A DNA stretch of 64,000 nucleotides from contig NC_092673.1 of assembly GCF_964355755.1 (NCBI RefSeq), positions 23,371,648-23,435,647 of the forward strand. Reading direction: 5' to 3'. How positions within the stretch are numbered: the stretch's first letter is position 1; the number at the start of each line of letters is the position of its first letter. Shown piece by piece: positions 27,401-39,400 of this stretch. The position numbers and the translations under genes were made by a program. Below the pieces are notes generated by a model. That model had not been told where the DNA came from and made no database searches. It saw only the letters and a list, made by a program, of their open reading frames with translations. The stretch is from Antedon mediterranea. Lineage: Eukaryota > Animalia > Echinodermata.

Positions 27401-30400
27401 TGCCAAGAAAAAACTGTTTCTCAAAAGAACTGTATTTAAAACCGTATTTTCTGCTTAATAGAAACAGGCCCTTAGTTTGCCAATTGTTATATAATTGCCA
27501 ATTAGAGGTAGAATACAATAACTGTTTTAACAATTAAAAAGTTAATTGGTATGCAATATTTTGACATTTCTATTCAGTGTCTACAACATTGTTTAAATAA
27601 ATTTAATTATTTTTTTTTAGTAACAGAAATAAACTGACGTATTTCATTCATACACAAATCACTGTCCTATATTCATTGAATATAGGCCGAACACAATACA
27701 AAATAATATACAATTAGAATAATGGTATGTTCCACTGTATGCCAATTGTCTACACACTTTTAATTTCTTTAATGTGCTAAAGTGTTTTCATGTACAGTAT
27801 ATTGTATCCGTCTCTTGGTTACCGTTTTCAGCGAGTTCTATGCATTATTTAAATCATTTTGTTGATTCAATTTTCGAAATAACTGAATTTCAATATTAAG
27901 CATTTCGTTCTCTTATTGTAAATGCCATATTTGGTAAATTGATACACATTTTTTAAACATAAAAAAGCAGATGACACTATTTAGTATGTTAAAGAAGAAA
28001 AGAACATGATTAAAACTATTTATATAAAATATTCTTATTTAATATTAAGCAAATTTGTTTTGGGGGGATGGGGACAACCAAACCAAATGAAAATGGGATT
28101 TAAAATTACAATTGTTATATAAAAGTTTATAAACAGACAAATTTGATATGAAATATTATGTTTTTGTCATCACCATATTAAACGAGCCAGGGTAAAGAAC
28201 CAATTTGAATCACCTATTTTCAACTATAGATAATGTCAAAGAATGTTTTCTTTGGAAGGAACAGGTGGTTGGTTGGATTGGTTTACCTGTCATAGTTTAA
28301 CCTTTGCATACCAGCATGTTGAAACGGGCTGAAAGGCAGTAGGTTACCCCCTTTCAGCCAGTTTGGTATTCAAATAATATAAATAAACACTGATCCATAA
28401 AGATAAACAATTAAAGATAAAGTAAAGGAAGATGAGAGAAAATGTCAAGTTCTGGAATTTAAAGTGCATGGAGTGAACTTCTATTTTACTGGCATTCTAA
28501 ATTTCCACTCAGCCAGCACCAAATAACATGATAACAATATTGATAATTTAAGTTTTTCTTTTCAGAAAACTTATTAAGTATATGTGGTATGGGAATCATC
28601 GATATATTTAAAGCTACAGTACAATATATTTTCTTTTTCAAATATTGTACCAAATATTACCAAACAATATAAATGTGTAATTTTTTGTTATTTTAGCAAA
28701 TTTTTTTTATGTTATGCATGAGAATGTAAAGATGCCTAAAATATGAAACTATCAGGAACAACAAGAATTGGTAGGTACAGTATAGCAATGAACATACCGG
28801 AAAATTTTCACATTTGCTTATACGGATTTTTAAGAGCAGAAATGTGAATATTAAATATTAAAATCTAGAAATAAATACCGAATATTCATATATACAAGTA
28901 TAGATTTCACAAAAATGATAATATGATATATCTATCTAGTAATTTTGGTCGTTCTACTTATCATGCGCCAACAGGTAATTTCAGAAATGGCATAAACCTT
29001 TTAAACATAATTAGAGTTACCATTTATGTTGCAAAAAACTATAAAAGCTCTGGACATTTATGAGTAATTTTGTCCAACATCATTGAACCAATTCAGACAA
29101 TATTAGGGGGGAAAAATCATAACACATTTATATCATACAACTAGAAGAATAGGAATATCCTCAAATATAGGATATACGACAGCTATTCATAAAACCAAAA
29201 TCTACCAGATAAAAATGTAATTCTTTTACACTGAAGTAATGTTGGTAGCATAATAGAAAAATTAAAATTATGAAACATGGGGACATATATATAATTATTG
29301 GTAAGTATGATAAATAAAAATGTAATTTGCCCGCACCTGGGCTTTAATATATTCAGATACATTAGAGCATATCCACAAACAGTGTCATCTCAATATGTAT
29401 AGTAGTATATTTTTATAGAATTCTTCATTATATCTTTTGCTTTTATCTACACAGTTAAAAAAACTGGTCGTACCCTGCAAATTGGCCTCTGTCGCTTTAA
29501 ATCTAGGCGTTAACAATTTGTTTAAGGAATGATTACTGAAAAAATTATCCCCAAAACTTTAAGATTTATAAAGTACCCTAGTTATACGTATTTTTCTTTC
29601 AGTTCTTCATTAAACTAAATCTGGGTATCATTGCAACCATTTTGATACTCAACTTAAAAGTCAAATCATTGCATCTACATCAATAATTTAGTAAAGGTAG
29701 AATTCGTAAAAAAAAGTCTTTAACTGCGTATACACTCATATGTAATTGTGTTGCCTAAGCTATGCTTTTAGTTACATAGAAGCAGCAAACTGAGTTAAGC
29801 CCTAGGGACAAGACCAAGTCTATACAGTGATATAGCAGTGACTTTTACATTTAAAGATATGCTTAGATTTTTGGGTGATGTAGGCCCTGTTTCTGCTGCC
29901 AATCCCAAATATACCGTATATATACCGTATATGAAATTCGTGCACCGTTTCCGCTGCACATACTTCGTGGGTGCGCTGTAAAAAAGTTGGCTTTCATTAC
30001 CCAAAATGCATTTCGTGAGACGGAAGTATGGATTGACCTAGAGTCTTGTGTAGTGAGGTTTATACCTGACAAAAACAAAACAATGTAAAACGTCGTAGCA
30101 TTGCTTTCTATTTTAAATCTAATGAGCAGAAGTGGAAACGAATTTACACCGCACACACAATCTAGAAATGTAGAAGGGCATTGACTAGATTTATGCAAAG
30201 AAGACGACGGCGTTTGCCGATAACTTTGGCGTTAAGTCTACCACAAATTCTGCTTTTATTTTGTTTGAGATACTTTTGTAAATCTCGGTATCTCTTCTGT
30301 TGCCATGCAGTCTCCCCCAACCTTCGCTTTTCCCCACAATTGAATTGCAAAAATAGTTATTTCTTCAGTCCACAGTAACATTTTAATCTGTTGCTTGCTT

Positions 30401-33400
30401 ATACACGTGTGTCAATGCAGCAGAAAAACCAAACAAACGCGTCACACTCGTTTTTGACCTTGTGTCATGGGCCAGGTCACATATACGGTATATTTTGAGT
30501 GCAGCAGAAATGGGGTACGAAATATACGGTATATTTTTTAATATACCGTATAATATCCACAAACGATAGGGATATTTATGCGGTATATATAACGCATATA
30601 TATACGGTATATTTTTTATGAGACCCGTTTCTGCTGACAAAAAAAATACCGTAAAGAAAATATACCGTATATATACTTGGCAGCAGAAACGGGGCCCTAG
30701 TGTACTGTACAGTAGTGTTTGCAAGATGTGTACTCACTGTAGTTTCCTAGATAATAGCGAGCTTTCGTTTTAGTACGGTAAACGTGCAGTACGGCCGGTT
30801 TAACCAACCGTGACCGTACTCATTTACTAGGTTCCCGTCATGTCTGTTTCTGTTTCGTTTTGTTCACGGGCGCGACGGGAACATGTGCGCGATGTATCAG
30901 GTACCATCATCAGTTGACTCGACTTTCAGCATCTTACAACATGGCGAACCTACATAGGGTACGAGATGCTCTTGTTGCTGCCTATATATCAGATGTTCTG
31001 GACGAGGAAGAATTCATTATGTTGTATAGTATGAATTCCCCAAGTAATCCTGATTTTCAGTATAAAAGTGATGAATATCAATTCAACTTGGATAAATTCA
31101 ACGATGATGAATGCAACAGCTATTTCAGGTAAGCCGACCATCAGGCTAAATCAGGGTAGCACTTTATTTATCAATTTATAATCTACTACTAGGTAGGGCT
31201 AGATAACGTTAAGGCATTATAAAGCTTAAATACATTTAACATTGGTTACTAACAATTATACTTCCATATACCTTGAAGGTATTGCTTTCTTTTATGTATA
31301 GCCCTAGTAGGCTACTATACTATCTACAGAAGCTACTATTTAGTAATAAATGTTGATTAAATATTAAATTAATATATGATGCCCATAACATGTCCAGTAT
31401 CATGTATGTTATCCATTATGAGATTTAAAATATACTGTGTATTATTATTTCCCTTAGATTCCAGAAAAATGATATCTACCGGCTGAAACATGCTTTGGGG
31501 GTGCCACCAACTGTAATTCTGGAGAATAAGTCGAAAATTGATGGACTTGAGGCTTTGTGCATCACACTCCAAAGGTATGCATATCCTTGTAGATATGGAG
31601 ATCTTATCAAGGACTATGGACGTTCAGTACCACAGCTTTACTTGGCGTTTAAGTGGATGACCAACTACATCTTCGACATCCATAGACATCGGATCTCATC
31701 CTTAGACCAGCCATGGTTATCCCCACAACATTTACAGGAATTTGCTGAGGCAACACACACAAAGGGTGCTGCTTTGAGGAACTGTTGGGGGTTCGTTGAT
31801 GGAACCGTAAGGCCAATATGCCGACCAAATCAGCATCAACAAGTTATGTATAATGGTCACAAAAGAATCCATGCCATGAAATTCCAGTCAGTGACAGCTC
31901 CCAATGGCCTCATAGCTCACCTATATGGACCTGTGGAAGGGAGGAGACATGATGCATTTCTCCTTCGTGAATCGGGTCTGTTGACAGAGCTTGAGGCCAG
32001 ATCACATGATCCACAGGGAAATGTATTGTGCGTGTATGGTGATCCTGCGTACCCATTGCGCCCACAATTGCAAGCACCTTTCCCGACGGTACGGATAACA
32101 CCAGAACAAGTGGCCTTCAACGCGGCAATGTCCAAAGTCAGAATTAGCGTTGAATGGCTATTTGGTGACATTGTAAATATATTTAAATTTACAGACTATA
32201 AGAAGTCTCAGAAAGTGCAATTGAGTGCATGTGGCAAAATGTACATTGTTTCTGGAATACTTACAAATGCACATACATGTGTGTATAAGAACAATACATC
32301 TGCCTATTTTGAACTTGAACCGCCATCGCTGGAAGAATATTTTCAATGAATGTATTTTTTTTCTAAATTATTGTAAATAATTGTGATAGAAGTGATATTG
32401 AATTTATTAAAAATTGTATAAATTATAAAGTAAATAACTGTTTCCATTTAAATTTAAGAAGTTATTCATATAAATATTTTTATTGTAACCATATACATAT
32501 ATACATTCATAAACATCTAACTGTAATACAAGAGAACCTTTAATAGATTAAAAGAAATAAAATGGTTCCAGTTTAAATAAAAATCCTGGAAAACTCTTAA
32601 ACACTTAACTGTATATAACATACCAACACTAAAGATACACCTGCAATAGAACAAATATTTAGTGTATTTTTAAAATGTAAATTATTGTAATTGTGACTAA
32701 AGTGATAGCTGAATTACCGGTATTATGTTAAAACGTCGTAAGGTAAATAAATGTTTCTATTTATTGATATTGAAAAGCATGTATTAATTATATTTTGTTA
32801 ATGCTCATTCATATAGAAACAAAACTTCTTTGATTTAAACTACATATTCTTTGGCATCAATGGTATTCAAAACATTCAAGATAATAATTAATAGATTGAA
32901 AGAAACAATGGTATAAGTATATATAAATAAAGGCATGCATTAATAAACACATAAATATATATAAAAACAACTATAGTAGAAAGTATATTGCACAGATTAG
33001 CACAATAAAAAAATATATCAAGGATCTAGTTTTTCTTTTCCATGGACTTAAGAAATGCCATCATCAGTGTTTGCGTTTGCTGGTTTTGATGTTGCAAGAG
33101 TTGCTGTTGTTGAAGTATTTGCTGCTGCATTTGTTGTTGTTGTTGCAGTTGTTGCTGTTGGAAGGCCTCAAATCGTCTTTCCCTTCCTCTTTCTTCTGCC
33201 CTCCTTCGTTCTTCTTCCTCTTTTTTTCTCTCCATCTCCTCCCTTCGAAGTTGCTGATCTATCTCCATTTTTTTTTGAATGATACCGATTGTGTCATTCC
33301 CACTATTCCTTCTTTTTGGTGTGTTACTTTCAACATCAAGCCTAAAAATAAATTTACAAAAATAAGAACTAAACTAAGGAAGAGGGGGATAAAAAACACT

Positions 33401-36400
33401 TTAATCTACCTCTACATTTTACATAAATTTGGTATTACCTTTTCCGCGTTTCTCCAAATGTTTCACATGCACGTTTTCTCATTTCTGCACCATCAGCCTT
33501 TTTCTTCTCTTCATCTCCTCTTTCCTTTGGTAACATTTCTATATCCTCCTCTTCTTGGATGAATTCTTCAATACTTTCCCTTATTTGCTTTTCCTCATCT
33601 GTCTCCTCCACTGCAATTCCACTGGCTGCCTTTTCTTTGTTATTTTTTCCTTTCACCTTATCCATCAAATTAGATATGCGATCTCGCACTGCCCGCCTGT
33701 CAACTTTGTATTCACGGGCCTTCATTGCATCAGCAACAGCCTGCCATGCCTTTCCCCGCTCAGTTGTGCCCTTCTTGGACTGAAAAGGTCTAGCCAAGAT
33801 TACTTCTCCTATTAGGATTTGATCCTTTTGGTTGTCCCAGATCATGCTGAAATAAATAATAAAATCACATAATTTATGATAGTGTTTTTTAATGTAATAT
33901 TTTTCTCATCAATTCAGTGTAGGAGTTTTTAATCTAATGAAGTAATAAATGAAAATAAATAATATAGCTTGAATGAACTATCCACTTTATACAATTAATC
34001 ATGCTAATATTGATTGACATTGATAACACATTTATTTCAGACTGAAAAAAGCATACTATTATATAATATTATATGTTTTGTGCATACAAAAAAAAAGTTT
34101 ACAATTATAATAATATATTAAAATAAATGTAAAAAAGTGAGCACTATTGAATTATCTAACTAACCGGTTTGTACTCTTTTTTGTCTTAATTTCTTCTGCC
34201 TGTTTTGAAAAAAAAATAAATAAAAAATCAAGATAAAAATAATAAAATGTACACAAGCTTATCTACATATATCTTATATTGTATGACAATAAGATAAATA
34301 CTTTAAGCTACATTGGCAGGGAGTTGTTATAAATCTAATAAAGTAAACAACTCCTTTGTTTTAAGCAAAGCAGGATTGAATTGAAGATAATTTGATTAGC
34401 TAGTTTTTATCAATATTATTGAACTTGTCATTTTCTGTCATCTTTTGAGTAGGGGGTCCTACGTATCTAGACCTCCTATTTGTGCAAGTTGTGTTTATTT
34501 GTAGGACCGTGTAGGGATAGCCTAAATGCCAGCAGCTAGGGTATCGCAGCTAGGCCCTAGGCTAGTTAGTTCGATTAGGCCACTGGTTTGCCCTCTATTA
34601 TACTACTACTAGCCTAGGCTAGCTAGGCCCTAGGCCGAATCTCTAAGCCAATTTTTTTATTTTATATTTGGCATCACTGATCTAGAGCACTACATTAATG
34701 AACATTCATTTAATATGCTATAGCCTAGTCTATGTTTGATTACATAAAGCTAAAATAACGACTGATTAAACTGCTTTACCTTTGACGATACTGCTTCCAT
34801 CGTGTCCTTCGTATTAAAATACACAGCTGAATGTTCGTTTCAGACAGGACGCTATTTCTTCTCACTACCGTTCTGAAATTTAGCGCTACGGCGAGTCTTA
34901 AATTTCTGCGCATGCGTAGATCACATTTCGGTTCAAATTACCGTACTGAACTACTTCCGTACTAAAACGAAAGCTCGCTATTAACATTTTTCAAAGCTTC
35001 TTGATTAGTAATCACACAAAACTGACACCACCTGTAGCAGTAGATGCTATATCAGTTGGAGGTGCTCCACTGTCCTTACCAGACCAAAAATAGCAGCTAC
35101 TGCCACTTACTATAGTATAATAAACTGACAATGGCTTAAACCTATACAAGGTTATTTAACAAGCCATGATTTCAACCCATCTTGTCTTTAAATAGAAGTT
35201 TATAATTTTGTTTACTACCCGATAACTAATATCAAATACATTTTTTACAGTACTCAGTAGTCAAATATTTTTATTTATTTTTTTGTATTACTTAATATGT
35301 AATTTTTGTATTGTTCTTTTTGTATTTTAGCCCTTGGTGTCGTTCTGTTTGTATTTCAGAAAAATGCTAATAAAATGCATAATAAAATAGCAATATATTT
35401 TACATTTGACTGATAGCATTTCTGATTATGTACAAATCATAAGAGGAAAGTAAATTAAATTTTACCTGAAGGAGACAGAGTTTATACTACACCCCAAAGA
35501 ATGGGATTTTATTTCTTTAATAGTCTTCACATTTTGATATAGGTATTAATGAAACAGGTGCAGTACTTTCATTTTGTAATGAAATGTAATGGAAGTGCAC
35601 AACAAGATTTAAAATAATATGCATGTGTTCATAATACATTATTTCCCATTCACAATGAGGCCTAAGGCACAATAATTCTTTATGGAGAACAATTGGGATT
35701 TTCCCTAAACATCAATGAGTCATACAGCAGGGTGTGGTAAACACGTTTATGTGAACTGCCTATTACAATCATCACTGACCCAATGTCACGTGACCTTACA
35801 ATGAGAAATGTGACATCATTTCAAAGATGAGTTTTATCAGGTGAACATATTTTCCTCTTTCCACCCAGGTGTATAAAATGGGTACCGGACATCAAGACAC
35901 AACTTTGCGCTGATTACTAGCTGCATTATTGTGGAAGTATTGTGTCCATACTTGTTTGATCCAAAAAAATGACCATGCCTATTGAGAGCTTGTGTATATA
36001 GGCACAATAAGAGTGACCTATTATATGATCATTATTATGATTATTTTTCAGTAAATAAAAATTGAAAGAATCATCAAATTTGTCATCAAATCCTTGTTAT
36101 TTGACCTCATTTTTACCTACGGTAGATGGATCAAAATAATTTATTTTCCAGTGGATAACTTGATTGACAATTACGATATTGAAAACGCATCATGCTGATC
36201 TTGACAGTATGTATGTAATCCTTCAGATTAGATAGAATATTCTATTCATTAAATTATATATGAATTAAAGTCATAATTAAAAGTGGTATTTTCGTCACCA
36301 GAAACTGAATTATATCATAGGGATATTATAGTTCAATATATTAATATCTCTATGCTTATATTTAGTTGAACATTTCACAAGATATCGAAATTTTAAATAA

Positions 36401-39400
36401 ATAAATATATAACCATTCTGATAAGTTCATACCCTTGTTATTTAATCAAAATTGCTTGATTATAAATAAATATTATTTTTAAGTACTGTAGTCGATGTTG
36501 ACCTCAAGTCAAGTGAAAGGAAAAAAGCCACTTGAGTACAGTTTAAGAATGTACTAACATTGGAGTCTGAGTAATCGATGGCATACAAAGATGACTGCAG
36601 ACAATGTTGCGGTTGACTAGGCAAATGATAGTTCAACTGAAGGTGTTGATGAGGCAGGTAAATAACAAAAGCAGAATTATATGAAACCAACCAGAGAAAA
36701 CTATGTCTGTGGCCAGACAGTAAGTTGTTGTTTAAATGTTCATGTTTGATTTGTTCAGAGTATCACAACATATCAGCTTGCATTCCTAATAGACTATTCC
36801 GATTTTGGTTTCTAATTAAATCCATTATAAGAAAATTAAGATATCAGACAATTTTGTCAGCCAGAAAATTGTTGAAATAATACATTATAAGGCTACAGTA
36901 CATTCACACTTGATCCCTTTCACAAAAAAGTAGGCGCTGTCTAATTATATGAAGTGTACATGTACCTTAGTTTTTTAAAAGTGTGAATGTACCTTTGGTT
37001 TTTTTAAATTTCCATAATTAATAGTCATTTGATTATTTGATGTAAACATCATTTGATGTCAGTTAAACTGAGTTATTGAACATCATTTAGACATATTCTT
37101 AGAAAAAATGTTCCAGATGACACACTGATGAATAATGTTGTATTGTTGATTAATTACTAATTTTGTTTGTTTTATAAAACAAATTGAATGTTTTGTACAC
37201 TAAATTAATAAACAAGAGGAGAAACCTTTTAATTATGTCATTGCATTGTGTATGTGTGTTTGCAACTGGTGTGTTCTTTACCATGTACTGAAGCAGTTGA
37301 GTTTCTTTTTTGATGAAATATTTTCTTGTACCTTTATCGAGATTTTGTGGCATTAAACGATGACGTATTATATTTTGAAGAATTTTTTTTTTATGATGGA
37401 TTAGATTCTAGTTCAAATAATCTGAGTCAATTTTTTAAAATTTGATATTTGGTTGAATTTGCAGTCATTTTCAATCTAAAAATATTTTTTATTTCATTTT
37501 GACATCTAAACAACAAACCGATGAGTTCATTTTCCTCTGTAATTGATTTCTACAGTTCAATGAGAGAACATCGGTTACACATAAACATCATATCATGTTA
37601 GCTGCGTTGACGGCTTTGCGATCAGTATCCAGATTTGCTATTTGCCTCAACGAGGCCTCAATCTAACATTTGTTAACAGGTAAATAAAAAGTATCGGCTT
37701 GGGAGGAGCATTTGCCAGGCCATTAATATTTCACCGCAGCTATGCTTGATTGCCTCGATAAATAACATGCACATTATGGCGGCTGTGTTACATAAAATTC
37801 CACCGACTTCAATAACTGTATATATTATATCTCTATATTTTTCTTCTTATTCATTAATTTAAGTGTATAATGTACAGTACGTTAACTTTTACGTAAAATT
37901 GTCTATAAAATAAATAAAATAGATATACTGTAAATAAAAACAAAAATAATAAAAAGACTTTTAAGAACCAATATTTTTTTTGTTTTCCTTTTATTGGTTA
38001 TAATAAAAAAAAAAAAACATTTATAATGCATCATATATCCAATAAAATTACTCATAGGCGCAGTACAAACATTGGCACAAATAGTGCCGACATTCAAAGA
38101 AATATTTAATATCTAAAGTATGTAGTTATCCTAAAACCCAATAACATAAAAAATATTATAACTAATATTTTTATAATTAATTGCATTTTATTTTAAATGC
38201 AGAGTCAGAAAGTGGCAATCAGAAACACCTGTTATTGAGAAAAAAACATCTAATAATAAACATCTAATAATAAACATTACCATGGTTACTGACGAAGCAT
38301 AATTTTCGTTTTAAAATAATATTTATTACCGCACTTTTTGCTTTTATTATACTTTCTCCATACTCTTTAAAAAAAAAAAATTAATATTTGATTTACTGTA
38401 ACTCTAAAAAGAACTTATAACAGATGATACTGTATTTCACAAAAAAATTGGGTCTTTACCAATACAGGATAAAAGAAATTCCTTAATTTTCTACATGATT
38501 ACCCAATGAAATGGATTGTTTAATCATCCACAGAGAAAATTAACTATGAAAAGTTTTTGAATTTGCAGAATAATTTGGTACAAGTAATTATAATTAGGTA
38601 AATTTGTTGCTACAGGAATAGAGAGGATAGCAATGAATAGAGATGAATGTTTGGTTTAACCAAGTGAAAGGGATAAAACTTGCTGTAAACATTTTAAACT
38701 GGAATTCAATTTTCATAGAAATATTTATTTTAATTCAACTTTAATATACTGTATAAATTTTAAAAATAGGTTATATTAACCTTAACCTAGGTTTAATAAA
38801 CTCTTTAAGAGCTTGTATGTACCCAGAAATTATTATAATGAAATAGTTATTATTGTTTTTGAGATGAGAAAATAATATGTAAGAAAAGAAATAGTTACTG
38901 GTACTCAATGGCGATATTTGTGTTATAGTACCTCTCAATTATCAAAATACAGTACATTAATAACTTGTAAAATATCAAAAGTTTAAATAAATAAAGTAAC
39001 TGAATAATATTTTGCCAAATTACATTAGAAACAGAATTTTAATAGTCAGTAAAGTACAAACAATATATAATTCGTTTCTATACAATTATAGGTTTAAAAA
39101 CAAAAAACCAAAAACAATGATCTTATCGCCAAATATATATTTTTTGTTTACTAAACTATTTTATGGTATCAAGATTAAATTATGTGTTAAATAATTGTTG
39201 TTTTGCACTCTCTGTACTATAGCAACCAATACTGTACAATGAATAAATATATTTCTGTGGGATTGAATGCTATCTAATGATAAAATAATATTGGTTGTCA
39301 TGGGTACATCTTTTCATACATGATTATAATGTATTAAAAAGGGAACAAAAAACACAATATAGAATTTAATTAACATCAGATACAGATGTGCTAGAACTTG

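Larger units (their letters stand above)
30756..34979. mobile_element. Apparently autonomous PIF/Harbinger-superfamily (PHIS) DNA transposon, 4224 bp, two convergent genes
   Basis: Perfect 23 bp TIR AGCGAGCTTTCGTTTTAGTACGG plus a second CAGTACGG at equal spacing on both ends; flanks TAAT| and |ATTA; encloses the transposase and Myb-like genes. Confidence 0.95.

Noticed and set aside
16000-29800. Many 60-105 aa ORFs in intron 2
   Set aside because: No recognisable motifs, AT-rich composition and no coherent splice structure; consistent with random ORFs.
30860-30940. TTG-started N-terminal extension of the transposase
   Set aside because: Eukaryotic gene; AACATGG at 30941 is a good initiation context and the upstream part is subterminal sequence.
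33055-33815. Plus-strand Leu/Phe-rich ORFs
   Set aside because: Antisense shadows of the Glu/Lys/Gln-rich transposon partner gene.
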